A DNA stretch of 64,000 nucleotides from Leucoraja ocellata (taxonomy: Eukaryota): NCBI GenBank assembly GCA_036785375.1, contig JAWMAR010000481.1, forward strand, positions 1,178,001 to 1,242,000, given 5' to 3'. The notes under the pieces are model-generated. The model was not told where the DNA came from. It worked only from the letters and a program-made list of their open reading frames with translations, and made no database searches. The position numbers were made by a program, and so were the translations under genes. Positions 1 through 14,600 of this stretch are shown here, piece by piece. Position 1 is the first letter of the stretch. Every line of letters starts with the position of its first letter.

Positions 1-275
1 CAATGGAAAGTGCCCGGGGAGGGAGTGGTACGGCAGGGAAGGGAAGAATTGACAAGGTTGTTGCGGAGGGAGCGTTCTTTGCGGAAGGCAGACATGGGGG
101 GAGATGGGAAGATGTGGCGAGTGGTGGGGTCACGTTGGAGGTGGCGAAAATGGCGGAGGATGATTTGTTGTACTTGCCGGCTGGTGGGGTGAAAGGTGAG
201 GACTAGGGGGACTCTGCCCTTGTTGCGAGTGCGGGGATGGGGAGAGAGAGCAGTGTTGCGGGGTATGGAAGAGAC
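1..275 (-). mobile_element. Penelope-like element fragment (RT C-terminus/linker)
   Basis: Reverse complement is near-identical to 14585-14860 of the Penelope ORF (RNKGRVPLVLTFHP...FRKERSLRNNLVNSSLP). Confidence 0.85.
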
Positions 276-332
276 ATAGGGAGGAAACTGTTCCTGAATC
301 TGGAGGTGTGCGTTTTCAAACTTCTGCACCTT

Positions 333-855
333 TCCTAATTTGAGGACGGACATTTTTGCTATTGAGGGATTGTAGCGTAAGTTCACCAGGTTAATTCCCG
401 GGATGGCGGGAATGACATATGATGAAAGAATGGGTCGACTGGGCTTGTATTCGCTGGAATTGAGAAGGATGAGAGGCAATCTTATAGAAACACATAAAAT
501 TCTTAAAGGATTAAACAGTCTAGATGCAGGAAGAATGTTCCCGATGTTGGGGGAGTCCAGAACCAGGGGTCACAGTTTAAGAATAAGGGTTAGGCCATTT
601 AGGACTGAGGTGAGAGAAAAACCTTCACGCAGAACATCTGTGGAATCCTCTGCCACAGAAGGCAGTGGAGGCCAATTCACTGGATGTTTTCAAGAGAGTT
701 GAATGTGGCTTTTATGGATAAACGTAATCAAGGGATATGGTGAGATAGCAGGAATGGGGTATTGATTTTGGATGATCAGCCATGATCATATTGAAAGGCG
801 GTGCTGGCTCGAAGGGTGTGTGGCCAACTCCTGCATCTATTTTCTATGTTTCTAC
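333..855 (+). mobile_element. CR1 LINE 3' fragment (also at ~4283-4805 and ~8225-8747)
   Basis: CR1 RT C-terminal peptide (RLGLYSLELRRMRGNLIETHKILKG...RTRGHSLRI) followed by a TTCTATGT-type tail. Confidence 0.9.
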
Positions 856-1369
856 ATCGTGGTGAGTCCAGCACTCGTTGATGTCTGGTCCTGAAGAAGG
901 GTACTGTACCAAAATGTCACCCACCCATGTTCTCCAGAGATGCTGCTTGACCCGCTGAGTTACTCCAGCACTCTGTTCTTTCATAGTCTGGCTGGTGTCT
1001 TGCTTATATGAAAGAGCTACATTGCCAACACACACAAGCTCCAACTTTGCTGTCAACATGAAACTGTTGACAGTTCAATAAATGAAATACGTTGATGAAA
1101 CCCGAGTGATGGACAAGATAATGCTTCACAGGAGAAAGTTAAAACTGCATTGAATTAAACCCCACATGTAGAAACTGAACTAAAGGAAGATGTTTCCAAA
1201 AGTTATGAGCTTGATTCTATTACTCCAGAAGTGAAGGGCAGGTGGGGGAGGGTCTTAGGCACCCCTTCATTTGATCAACACAAGGGATAAGGGGTTGGCT
1301 TAATCATACTTTGATCTGTCAAGGAATAAACGTGAAACACTATTCAATCTCAAGTATTTTCATTTTGAC

Positions 1370-1646
1370 ATACAGTGTGGCAACGGGCCCTTTGGCCCAC
1401 CGTGTCCATGCCGACCAGCATTCACTTGTATGCCAGCACTATCCTATACACTGGGCGCTTTTTACCAAAGCCAATTAACCTAAAATCCTGTACGTCTTTG
1501 GAGTGTAGGAGGAAACCAGAGCACCTGGAGAAAACCCACGCGGGTTACGGGGAGAACGTACAAACTCTGTACAGACAGCACCCGTAGTCAGGATTGAACC
1601 CGGGTCTCCGACGCTGTGAGGCAGCAACTCTACCGCTGCACCACCC
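1370..1646 (-). mobile_element. tRNA-derived SINE (elasmobranch HE1/V-SINE-like); repeated in each tandem unit
   Basis: Reverse complement starts GGTGGTGCAGCGGTAGAGTTGCTGCC...CCCGGGTTCAATCCTGACT (pol III A and B boxes). Confidence 0.75.
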
Positions 1647-2081
1647 TACCTTGTTGGGGAAAAATAATTAAAAAGCAGCAGGATATTTTTGACATTTGCC
1701 AAATGAGAGTTGTCTACAGTCAAAGCATGTGTAGCTAGTTCCTGGCTCGAAAATACTTCCGCTTTAACAGTTTGACGCACAACTCTTTAAACCTAAAAAC
1801 TCCACTGTTGAAATGCAATTCAATATTTGACAAATCTGAACACGGTAACAGACAGATATAAAGCACACAGAGGGATTACTGGAGTGCATTTTCCCTTTGT
1901 AGTCCCTGAGAAATCAGTGGCAGTGGCAGATGGTTGTTCTGATGTTCTAAGCCATGCCAATCCAGATATGATTGAATGACGGAGAGGACTTGATGTGCCA
2001 AAAGGAGAAGGAACAATCATTGGCTTTCAAAGTTTGCAGAGGGCTAACATACAACTCGCTTAGCATCAAGTAAATTGATCA

Positions 2082-2312
2082 GCACGGTAGCACAGTGGTA
2101 GAGTTGCCGCCTTACAGTGCCAGAGACCCGGGTTCGATCCTGACTATGCCTGCTATCTGGACGGAGTTTGTATGTTCTCCCTGTGTCCTGCATTAGTTTA
2201 ATTTGGATGCTCTGGTTTCCGCCCACATTCCAGAGATATGCCGGTTTGTAGGTAAATTGACTTCTGTAAATTTCCCCTAGTGTGTAGGATATAGGACTAG
2301 TGTACGGGTGAT
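2082..2312 (+). mobile_element. tRNA-derived SINE; copies at ~6031 and ~9974
   Basis: GCACGGTAGCACAGTGGTAGAGTTGCCGCC...CCCGGGTTCGATCCTGACT with A/B boxes; same family as 1370-1646 in the opposite orientation. Confidence 0.75.
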
Positions 2313-5300
2313 TGTAGTGTACGTGTGAATTCCAGAGATTCACCACTCTCTGTGTGAAAAAAGTTTTCTTCATCTCGGTCCTAACTCTGACTGATGAGGG
2401 CCAAAGTGCCAAAATATTTTTTGACCACCTGACATACCTGCGACATGACCTTCAAGGAACCATGCAACCATCAACCATTCCTCTGCCCACCTGGCTAATT
2501 GATCCAGATCCTGCTGCAATCATTCACAACCATCTTCACTATCTGCAAAACCACTCACTTCTGTATCATCAGCAAACTTGCTAATCTTGCCCTGTTCTGT
2601 GACGTTTCAGAGTGCTGGAGTAACTCAGCGGGTCAGGCTGAGTATAGAAGTTGGGAGGTCATGTTGCAGTTGCATAAGAAGTTGGTGAGGCCGCATTCAG
2701 AGTATTGTGTTCAGTTCTGGGCACCATGTTATAGGGAAGATATCATCAAACTGGAAAGGGTACAGTGAAGATTTATGAGGATATTGCCAGGACATTTCAC
2801 TCCTCTTTCAAATCTGCTCTACTTATCTACATGCATTTTTCTTCTTCACTTTTTAGTCATAGAATGATGCAGTGTGGAAACAGGCCCTTCAGCCCAACTT
2901 GCCCACACCGACTGACATGTCCCATCTAAACTAGTCCCACTCACACGCGTTTGGCCCATATATCCATCTAAATCTGTCCTATCCATGTACGTGTCCAAAT
3001 GTCTCTTAAACATTAGGATAGTCCCAGCCTTAACTACCTCCTCTGGCAGCTCGTTACATACACCCAGCACCCTTTGTGTGAAAAAGCTACCTCAGATTCC
3101 TGTTAATTTCTGAAATATTGGTCATAAATTTGGTGCAAAAATGCTCCAAAATAAGGCTCAGAATGCATCAGAGAGCATCTAAAACCCCTGAGCTTCCAGG
3201 GCCCTTAAGCGGGCCCTGGACCCTAGCATCGAGGGACTTCACGCTTCGCGCTCGTGATGTGCGCAGTGCACACATTATTTTACATTAATTTTTTGTAACC
3301 CTGTCATGCCACCCCCCTTTTTGACAAGCTTTGTACGGGGACATGGGGGGAGGGGTGGGAAGAGGTGGGGGAATGTTGGAGACCGGAGACAGGGTTGTCA
3401 CTGGATGGATAGGATTCTCTCCCATAAAGAAAAATTCAGAGGTGGCAGAAGAACCCTTCGTCCCTATGTTCCGGATGTAGGGGGATTCCAGAACCAGGGG
3501 TCACAGTTTAAGAATAAGACCCGTTGAGTCACTCCACCTTTTATCTAGGTCTATTAACAGATTCACATCTACCTTAGATCTCCTCTTGTAAGTCTGCGTG
3601 GCTCTGTCCTTTGTCTCCGGCATTCTCGAAACTCCTTGCTTGGGTTATTGATCAACTCCGCGAAGGTTAGAGTTTCCACCTCTAGTAGCTGCTGGTTGTT
3701 TCTATGCCTGGCAATAGGGTTATTGTGTACCCACTTCAAGTTGACTGATGAAATGGAGCCAGTTTGCCAAGTTGACAGATGAAATGGAGCCCGTCTCTCA
3801 TGGTTACGGATGCAGTTCACTGTGAGGTCACCGGCCAGGCACATTATGAGGTCACCTCTGAATATGATGGTTTACAAACTTGCGATCTTACGAATGGAAG
3901 GCAGGCCCAGAAGGGAATAATCCACTTCACCATATGAGCAACTGGACTCAAGTGTTAGATACAAGGAACTCAGTTCAGTTAAGATTATTGTCACGTGTAC
4001 AGAGAAAAGCTTTTTATCACGTGCTAAAACCAGTCAGCAGAAAGACAATGCATGATTACAATCAAGCCATTTACAGTGTATAGATACATGGTAAGGGAAT
4101 AACATTTAGTGCAAGGTAAAGCCAGCAAAGTCCGATCAAGGATAGTCTTAGGGTCACCAATGAAGTCAATAGTAGTTCAGCACTGCTCTCTGGTTGTGGT
4201 AGGATGATTGATTTGCCTGATAACAGCTGGGAAGAAACTGTCCCTGAATCTGGAGGTGTGCGTTTTCAAACTTCTGCACCTTTCCTAATTTGAGGAAGGA
4301 CATTTTTGCTATTGAGGGATTGCAGCGTAAATTCACCAGGTTAATTCCCGGGATGGCGGGAATGACATATGATGAAAGAATGGGTCGACTGGGCTTGTAT
4401 TCGCTGGAATTGAGAAGGATGAGAGGTAATCTTATAGAAACACATAAAATTCTTAAAGGATTGAACAGTCTAGATGCAGGAACAATGTTCCCGATGTTGG
4501 GGGAGTCCAGAACCAGGGGTCACAGTTTAAGAATAAGGGTTAGGCCATTTAGGACTGAGGTGAGGGAAAAACCTTCACGCAGAACATCTGTGGAATCCTC
4601 TGCCACAGAAGGCAGTGGAGGCCAATTCACTGGATGTTTTCAAGAGAGTTGAATGTGGCTTTTATGGATAAACGTAATCAAGGGATATGGTGAGATAGCA
4701 GGAATGGGGTATTGATTTTGGATGATCAGCCATGATCATATTGAAAGGCGGTGCTGGTTCGAAGGGTGTATGGCCAACTCCTGCATCTATTTTCTATGTT
4801 TCTACGTCGTGGTGAGTCCAGCACTCGTTGATGTCTGGTCCTGAAGAAGGGTACTGTACCAAAATGTCACCCACCCATGTTCTCCAGGGATGCTGCTTGA
4901 CCCGCTGAGTTACTCCAGCACTCTGTTCTTTCATGGTCTGGCTGGTGTCTTGCTTATATGAAAGAGCTACATTGCCAACGCACACAAGCTCCAACTTTGC
5001 TGTCAACATGAAACTGTTGACAGTTCAATAAATGAAATACGTTGATGAAACCCGAGTGATGGACAAGATAATGCTTCACAGGAGAAAGTTAAATCTGCAT
5101 TGAATTAAACCCCACATGTAGAAACTAAACTAAAGGAAGATGTTTCCAAAAGTTATGAGCTTGATTCTATTACTCCAGAAGTGAAGGGCAGGTGGGGGAG
5201 GGTCTTAGGCACCCCTTCATTTGATCAACACAAGGGATAAGGGGTTGGCTTAATCATACTTTGATCTGTCAAGGAATAAACGTGAAACACTATTCAATCT

Positions 5301-8300
5301 CAAGTATTTTCATTTTGACATACAGTGTGGCAACGGGCCCTTTGGCCCACCGTGTCCATGCCGACCAGCATTCACTTGTATGCCAGCACTATCCTATACA
5401 CTGGGGACTTTTACCAAAGCCAATGAACCTAAAATCCTGTACGTCTTTGGAGTGTAGGAGGAAACCAGAGCACCTGGAGAAAATGCACGCGGGCTACGGG
5501 GAGAACGTACAAACTCTGTACAGACAGCACCCGTAGTCAGGATTGAACCCGGGTCTCCGACGCTGTGAGGCAGCAACTCTACCGCTGCACCACCCTACCT
5601 TGTTGGGGAAAAATAATTAAAAAGCAGCAGAATATTTTTGACATTTACCAAATGAGAGTTTTCTACAGTCAAAGCATGTGTAGCTAGTTCCTGGCACAAA
5701 AATACTTCCGCTTTAACAGTTTCACGCTTAACTCTTTAAACCTAAAGACTCCACTGTTGGAATGCAATTCAATATTTGACAAATCTGAACACGGTAACAG
5801 ACAGATATAAAGCACACAGAGGGATTACTGGAGTGCATTTTCCCTTTGTAGTCCCTGAGAAATCAGTGGCAGTGGCAGAGGGTTGTTCTGATGTTCTAAG
5901 CCATGCCAATCCAGATATGATTGAATGACGGAGAGGACTTGATGTGCCAAAAGGAGAAGGAACAATCATTGGGTTTCAAAGTTTGCAGAGGGCTAACATA
6001 CAACTCCCTTAGCATCAAGTGAATTGATCAGCACGGTGGCACTGTGGTAGAGTTGCCGCCTTACAGTGCCAGAGACCCGGGTTCGATCCTGACTATGCCT
6101 GCTATCTGGACGGAGTTTGTATGTTCTCCCTGTGTCCTGCATGGGTTTAATTTGGATGCTCTGGTTTCCGCCCACATTCCAGAGATATGCCGGTTTGTAG
6201 GTAAATTGACTTCTGTAAATTTCCCCTAGTGTGTAGGATATAGGACTAGTGTACGGGTGATTGTAGTGTACGTGTGAATTCCAGAGATTCACCACTCTCT
6301 GTGTGAAAAAAGTTTTCTTCATCTCGGTCCTAACTCTGACTGATGAGGGCCAAAGTGCCAAAATATTTTTTGACCACCTGACATACCTGCGACATGACCT
6401 TCAAGGAACCATGCAACCATCAACCATTCCTCTGCCCACCCGGCTAATTGATCCAGTTCCTGCTGCAATCATTCACAACCATCTTCACTATCTGCAAAAC
6501 CACTCACTTCTGTATCATCAGCAAACTTGCTAATCTTGCCCTGTTCTGTGACGTTTCAGAGTGCTGGAGTAACTCAGCGGGTCAGGCTGAGTATAGAAGT
6601 TGGGAGGTCATGTTGCAGTTCCATAAGAAGTTGGTGAGGCCGCATTCAGAGTATTGTGTTCAGTTCTGGGCACCATGTTATAGGGAAGATATCATCAAAC
6701 TGGAAAGGGTACAGTGAAGATTTATGAGGATATTGCCAGGACATTTCACTCCTCTTTCAAATCTGCTCTACTTATCTGCATGCATTTTTCTTCTTCACTT
6801 TTTAGTCATGCAGTGTGGAAACAGGCCCTTCAGCCCAACTTGCCCACACCGACTGACATGTCCCATCTAAACTAGTCCCACTCACACGCGTTTGGCCCAT
6901 AAATCCATCTAAATCTGTCCTATCCATGTACGTGTCCAAATGTCTCTTAAACATTAGGATAGTCCCAGCCTTAACTACCTCCTCTGGCAGCTCGTTACAT
7001 ACACCCAGCACCCTTTGTGTGAAAAAGCTACCTCAGATTCCTGTTAATTTCTGAAATATTGGTCATACATTTGGTGCAAAAATGCTTCAAAATAAGGCTC
7101 AGAATGCATCAGAGAGCATCTAAAACCCCTGAGCTTCCAGGGCCCTTAAGCGGGCCCTGGACCCTAGCATCGAGGGACTTCACGCTTTGCGCTCGTGATG
7201 TGCGCAGTGCACACATTATTTTACATTAAATTTTTTGTAATCCTGTCATGCCACCCCCCTTTTTGACAAGCTTCGTACGGGGACATGGGGGGAGGGGTGG
7301 GAAGAGGTGGGGGAATGTTGGAGACCGGAGACAGGGTTGTCACTGGATGGATAGGATTCTCTCCCATAAAGAAAAATTCAGAGGTGGCAGAAGAACCCTT
7401 CGTCCCTATGTTCCGGATGTAGGGGGATTCCAGAACCAGGGGTCACAGTTTAAGAATAAGACCCGCAGAGTCACTCCACCTTTTATCTAGGTCTATTAAC
7501 AGATTCAGATCTACCTTAGATCTCCTCTTGTAAGTCTGCGTGGCTCTGTCCTTTGTCTCCGGCATTCTCGAAACTCCTTGCTTGGGTTATTGATCAACTC
7601 CGCGAAGGTTAGAGTTTCCACCTCTAGTAGCTGCTGGTTGTTTCTATGCCTGGCAATAGGGTTATTGCGTACCCACTTCAGGTTGACAGATGAAATGGAG
7701 CCAGTTTGCCAAGTTGACAGATGAAATGGAGCCCGTCTCTCATGGTTACGGATGCAGTTCACTGTGAGGTCACCGGCCAGGCACATTATGAGGTCACCTC
7801 TGAATATGATGGTTTACAAACTTGCGATCTTACGAGTGGAAGGCAGGCCCAGAAGGGAATAATCCACTTCACCATATGAGCAACTGGACTCAAGTGTTAG
7901 TTACAAGGAACTCAGTTCAGTTAAGATTATTGTCACGTGTACAGAGAAAAGCTTTTTATCACGTGCTAAAACCAGTCAGCAGAAAGACAATGCATGATTA
8001 CAATCAAGCCATTTACAGTGTATAGATACATGGTAAGGGAATAACATTTAGTGCAAGGTAAAGCCAGCAAAGTCCGATCAAGGATAGTCTTAGGGTCACC
8101 AATGAAGTCAATAGTAGTTCAGCACTGCTCTCTGGTTGTGGTAGGATGATTGATTTGCCTGATAACAGCTGGGAAGAAACTGTCCCTGAATCTGGAGGTG
8201 TGCGTTTTCAAACTTCTGCACCTTTCCTAATTTGAGGAAGGACATTTTTGCTATTGAGGGATTGCAGCGTAAATTCACCAGGTTAATTCCCGGGATGGCG

Positions 8301-10854
8301 GGAATGACATATGATGAAAGAATGGGTCGACTGGGCTTGTATTCGCTGGAATTGAGAAGGATGAGAGGTAATCTTATAGAAACACATAAAATTCTTAAAG
8401 GATTGAACAGTCTAGATGCAGGAACAATGTTCCCGATGTTGGGGGAGTCCAGAACCAGGGGTCACAGTTTAAGAATAAGGGTTAGGCCATTTAGGACTGA
8501 GGTGAGGGAAAAACCTTCACGCAGAACATCTGTGGAATCCTCTGCCACAGAAGGCAGTGGAGGCCAATTCACTGGATGTTTTCAAGAGAGTTGAATGTGG
8601 CTTTTATGGATAAACGTAATCAAGGGATATGGTGAGATAGCAGGAATGGGGTATTGATTTTGGATGATCAGCCATGATCATATTGAAAGGCGGTGCTGGC
8701 TCGAAGGGTGTATGGCCAACTCCTGCATCTATTTTCTATGTTTCTACGTCGTGGTGAGTCCAGCACTCGTTGATGTCTGGTCCTGAAGAAGGGTACTGTA
8801 CCAAAATGTCACCCACCCATGTTCTCCAGAGATGCTGCTTGACCCGCTGAGTTACTCCAGCACTCTGTTCTTTCATGGTCTGGCTGGTGTCTTGCTTATA
8901 TGAAAGAGCGACATTGCCAACGCACACAAGCTCCAACTTTGCTGTCAACATGAAACTGTTGACAGTTCAATAAATGAAATACGTTGATGAAACCCGAGTG
9001 ATGGACAAGATAATGCTTCACAGGAGAAAGTTAAAACTGCATTGAATTAAACCCCACATGTAGAAACTAAACTAAAGGAAGATGTTTCCAAAAGTTATGA
9101 GCTTGATTCTATTACTCCAGAAGTGAAGGGCAGGTGGGGGAGGGTCTTAGGCACCCCTTCATTTGATCAACACAAGGGATAAGGGGTTGGCTTAATCATA
9201 CTTTGATCTGTCAAGGAATAAACGTGAAACACTATTCAATCTCAAGTATTTTCATTTTGACATACTGTGTGGCAACGGGCCCTTTGGCCCACCGTGTCCA
9301 TGCCGACCAGCATTCACTTGTATGCCAGCACTATCCTATACACTGGGCGCTTTTTACCAAAGCCAATTAACGTAAAATCCTGTACGTCTTTGGAGTGTAG
9401 GAGGAAACCAGGGCACCTGGAGAAAACCCATGCGGGTTACGGGGAGAACGTACAAACTCTGTATAGACAGCACCCGTAGTCAGGATTGAACCCGGGTCTC
9501 CGACGCTGTGAGGCAGCAACTCTACCGCTGCACCACCCTACCTTGTTGGGGAAAAATAATTAAAAAGCAGCAGAATATTTTTGACATTTACCAAATGAGA
9601 GTTGTCTACAGTCAAAGCATGTGTAGCTAGTTCCTGGCACGAAAATACTTCCGCTTTAACAGTTTCACGCACAACTCTTTAAACCTAAAGACTCCACTGT
9701 TGAAATGCAATTCAATATTTGACAAATCTGAACACGGTAACAGACAGATATAAAGCACACAGAGGGATTACTGGAGTGCATTTTCCCTTTGTAGTCCCTG
9801 AGAAATCAGTGGCAGTGGCAGATGGTTGTTCTGATGTTCTAAGCCATGCCAATCCAGATATGATTGAATGACGGAGAGGACTTGATGTGCCAAAAGGAGA
9901 AGGAACAATCATTGGGTTTCAAAGTTTGCAGAGGGCTAACATACAACTCCCTTAGCATCAAGTGAATTGATCAGCACGGTGGCACTGTGGTAGAGTTGCC
10001 GCCTTACAGTGCCAGAGACCTGGGTTCGATCCTGACTATGCCTGCTATCTGGACGGAGTTTGTATGTTCTCCCTGTGTCCAGCATGGGTTTAATTTGGAT
10101 GCTCTGGTTTCCGCCCACATTCCAGAGATATGCCGGTTTGTAGGTAAATTGACCTGTAAATTTCCCCTATTGTGTAGGATATTGGACTAGTGTACGGGTG
10201 ATCGTTGGTTAGCGTGGACATGGTGGGCGGAAGGGCCTGTTTTCATGCCATCTCTCTAAAACAAACTATTGCCTTCACCTCGTTGGTCTCAGTTTAACAT
10301 TGCTTGTGAAAGTCAGCAACGTGCAAGATTCTTTCAATAGCCCTCAGACCAGTGAGCCCATGGGCTCATCTCTTAACCAGACAGTCAAAACCTTTTTTAG
10401 TTTAGTTTATAGATACAGCACTGTATCAGGCCCTTCAGCCCACTGAGTCCACGTCAACCAGCGATACCCACACATTAACTACCCTGCACACACTAGGAAC
10501 AATTTACATTTATACCAAGCCAATTAATCTACAAAGCAAAAACCAGAAGGTATTTTACTTGTCTAAATGTCTCACCCAGCTAGATTTTAAAATAAGCCTG
10601 CATTCTTCAATGTGGGTGGTTTAAGTGGGAAACTATAAATCTGAACTAGGATTAATCCTGTATTATTCACTAATGGCTGCATACTACACTTGGGAGTTTT
10701 GTCTTCTTAAAAACATCTGTCACTTACACAGAAACTTTGAGTGTAACTACTTGGGGATTTTCACTGAACCTTGGCTCACAGCACAGGACCCTTGGCTTGA
10801 GCATAACTCTTGGATCTAAGCAAGCACATCAAACAATTTCCCCTACAACCACAA

Positions 10855-10959
10855 GAGATGCAACCACCTGTCCCTACACCTCCCTCGCCTCCGTCCAAGG
10901 ACCAGGCCAGTTCTTTCAGGTGAGGCAGAGGTTCATTTGCATCTACTCCAACCTCATCT
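10855..10959 (+). mobile_element. Old Penelope GIY-YIG fragment, 5' half (continues at 15452)
   Basis: Encodes TCPYTSLASVQGPGQFFQVRQRFICIYSNLI, homologous to the 14870-14975 region of the long Penelope ORF. Confidence 0.75.
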
Positions 10960-11632
10960 GAGTGATCGGAGTGGCGGCGCGGCTCTGGCTGCAGCGGCTT
11001 ACCGGCGGTCCCGTTGTCTTTGTGTTTTTTATGTTGTTTATTTTGTTTGTTTAGTCTAGTTTTTGGTTTTAGCTTGTGTTTTGGGGGGGGGGGGGTGTTG
11101 AAACGGGGTTTGCAGTCTCTCCCTGCGGGGGAATACGACCTTTTTGTCGTATTCCCCTTCTCTGCCTCCGTCTGCACTGAGGCCTAATGGAACTGACGAC
11201 CTCGAGGCTCCGGAGGCAGAGCACCGTCAGGACTCGCCCTGAGCTCGCTCCCGTGAGGGTGGTCCGGCTCAGGGCTGGAAGAGGTTGGGACGCTCCCGTG
11301 AGGACGGCCAGCCCGAGCGTGGAATGAGGCTCCCGTCAGAGCGGCCGAGCTCGGGGAGGTGCGGCGCTGGCAGCCCGATGGAGGTTCGGCGCCCAAGTCG
11401 GGGCGGCCCGGTCTGGGGGAGAAAGCGGCGCCCAAGTCGGGGCGGCCCGGTCCGGGGGAGGGTCGGCGCCCAAGTCGGGGCGGCCCGGTCCGGGGGAGGT
11501 TCGGCGCCCATGTCGGGGCGGCCCAGCCCGAGGCTGAAGACGGCACAGTACTCACGTGAGGGTGGCTGGGACGGTGTTCTGGCGGCGGTGGCCTGAGTCC
11601 GGGGTTCGGCCGCGGGCCAGCAGCTGTTTCTG

Positions 11633-14600
11633 CAGAGTTTAAGAGGGAACTGCAGATGCTGGAGATGCTCATCTGCTTCCTCGGGGCCTGCCTGCGCCTC
11701 CATCTCATACCCCATGGCTTCCAGCTACAGTTCCCTACCTCCCAGTTCGGACCGCAACCGGACCATCGGTACCGACTGGCCATCCACCGGCATACCCAGC
11801 AATTCTCCAACCGGGCACTGAGGTCCACCCTGGCCGCGATGCGCCGACACCAGCAGGAACTTACATCTACACTCCCTGAACTTCAGGCCTCACTTACCCA
11901 GACCTGCAACGGACCCCAATTATATTTTATCCGCCGGAAGATCCACCGCTTCAATCAACAATTCCTGGCCCATCTGAACTCCACCAAGGACCTCAAATTA
12001 TCCCGCCTCCAGGCCGCTCCCGACGGCCCGCAACACCCGCAGACTCCGGGCCCCGACTCTGCCCTGCATCGCCTGCCCGAGTCCCGCGACGCCATCTTGG
12101 CCACGAGGAGCGCCTTCAACACTCACCAGGACGCCGCCTTCACCGACTTCCGCGCTGATGCTGCCGCCGCCGACCCTCACCTGCCCACCGATAACGCCCA
12201 GCCTCGCCGCTACGGTAACTCAGACTTTCTTCTCCCCGCCGATTCCTCCGACCCTCGCTGCTCTCTGGGACAGCCTAGCCTCATCGCCGCACCGGGCCTA
12301 CCCTACGCCACCGCCTCACCGGGCCTCCCCAACAACGCCGCCGGACCCGACCTACCGGGCATCACCGCCGGACCCGACCTACCGGGCATCGCCGCCGGAC
12401 CCGACCCCGACCAACCGGGCATCGCCGCCGGACCCGACCCCGACCCACCGGGCATCGCCGCGGGACCGGGGCCTTCCCAGCATGGCCGCTGCACCACACC
12501 CCGCTCATCCCGTTGCCTCCCCGGGCTGGCCGAGCCTTGCCGCCGCGCCGACCATCCACCCATCGGGACCTCCCACACATCGCCCGCGGACCCCGACTCA
12601 ACCGACCATCGACGCCGGACATCGGGTCCGCTGACCCGCGCCACCGGACTCTCACCATCGGGTCCGCTGACCCTCGCCTCTGGACTACCACCATCGGGTC
12701 CGCTGACCCGCGCCACTCCACCTCCCTCCAACAACCCACAGCCGTCGCCTTACCTGGAGCCTGGACTCTCCACTGGGCCTGAAGCCCTCACGCTGCTCAC
12801 TCCCACTCTCCTGGGTTTGACTCCACTGGGTCCTAGTGCTAGTCGACCCAGCCTGGTCTACCTCAGTGGCAGTTCGACTGAGTCTCCTCCCCCCACCCCC
12901 TCTAACTGTAAGTCTCCTCCCCCCACCCCCTCTAACTGTGTGGCCCCTGCCCTTCCCCACACACACCACAGCCCTCTCACCCCCCCACCCCCTGACCACC
13001 CACCACCCCCCCACCACACATCGCCTCGTCCCCACCTGCCTTCCTCCGGCCCCAACCCCCATCCCTGTCGAGTGTTCACCATCCCCCCCGACCTCCCCCT
13101 CTCCAACACCGAACGGTCCGTCCTCAACAGAGGTCTTACCTTTGTCCCCCTCCGTCCCCACCTCAATGAATTCCGCGCCCACCACGACTTGGAGCGCTTC
13201 TACCGTCGCCTCCGCCTCACAGCTTTCTTCCATGGGAAGGAGTCCTCGCCCCCCACTGATGACCCCTTTTCCCGTCTCCAACGCACCCCCTCCTCGTGGA
13301 ACCCCCCTCGTGGCCAATTTCCGGCTTTAGAACTTTTTATCAATAACTGCCGTCGCGACATCAACCGCCTCAACTTCTCCACTCCCCTGTCTCACTCCAA
13401 TCTCTCACCACAGGAACGTTCTGCCATCGACTCACTCCGCAACAACCCAGATTTGGTTATCAAACCCGCTGACAAGGGAGGTGCCGTGGTAGTCTGGCGC
13501 GCCGATCTCTACAAAGCTGAGGCCACGCGCCAACTATCGGACACCTCCTCCTACTTACCCCTGGACCATGACCCCACTGACGAGCACCAGGCCACCATCT
13601 CCAGCACCATCACCAACTTCATCCACTCCAATGCCCTACCCGACCGAGCCTCCAACCTCATCGTTCCCCAGCCCCGCACAGCCCGATTTTACCTTCTCCC
13701 TAAAATCCACAAACCTGATTGTCCCGGAAGACCCATTGTCTCCGCCTGTTCGTGCCCCACCGAACTCATTTCCAAATACCTTGACTCCATCCTATCACCC
13801 TTGGTTAAATCCCTCCCTACCTATGTCCAAGACACCTCAGACACTCTCCGTCGTCTCCGCGCATTCAATTCTCTAGGCCCTCACCCCCTCATCTTCACCA
13901 TGGACGTCCAATCACTATACACCTCCATCCCCCACCACGATGGTCTCACAGCCCTCCGGTTCTTCCTCGACCAGAGAAGCAACCCATACCCAGCCACTGA
14001 CACTCTCCTCCGCCTAGCGGAGCTGGTCCTTACCCTCAATAACTTCGCGTTCGACTCCTCCCACTTCCTCCAAATACAAGGCGTAGCTATGGGCACACGC
14101 ATGGGCCCCAGCTATGCCTGCCTATTTGTAGGTTACGTCGAGCAATCCTTGTTCAATACATACCAGGGCCCCATCCCCAACCTCTACCTCCGCTACATCG
14201 ACGACTGCTTTGGTGCCACCTCCTGCACCCGCACACAACTGACTGACTTCATCCACTTCACCACTAATTTCCATCCAGAACTGAAATACACCTGGACCAT
14301 TTCCGACACTTCCCTACCATTCCTTGACCTCACTATCTCCATTGCAGGTGATAGACTTCTGACCGACATACACTATAAACCCACTGACTCCCATGGCTAT
14401 CTGGACTACACTTCTTCCCACCCTGCTTCCTGTAAGGACTCCATCCCCTACTCCCAATTCCTCCGTCTACGCCGCATCTGCTCCATGGATGAGGCGTTCC
14501 ACACCAGGACATCTGAAATGTCCTCACTATTCAGGGAACGGGGGTTCCTCTCCTCCACCATAAATGAGGCTCGCACCAGGGTCTCTTCCATACCCCGCAA

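Larger units (their letters stand above)
278..10202. repeat. Tandem segmental duplication, ~3.95 kb unit, ~2.5 copies (units start ~278, ~4229, ~8171)
   Basis: Near-identical ORFs recur at offsets 3950 and 3942 (844/4794/8736; 1820/5769/9712; 3569/7511). The unit is a mosaic of CR1 3' end, Penelope tail, two tRNA-SINEs and other fragments. The third copy diverges after TGTACGGGTGAT at ~10202. Confidence 0.95.

Noticed and set aside
2082-2160. tRNA-like sequences with A/B boxes
   Set aside because: They run into SINE bodies and are multi-copy: SINE heads, not tRNA genes.
3569-3844. 91-aa minus-strand ORF conserved in the tandem units
   Set aside because: Conservation reflects recent duplication; no recognisable domain.
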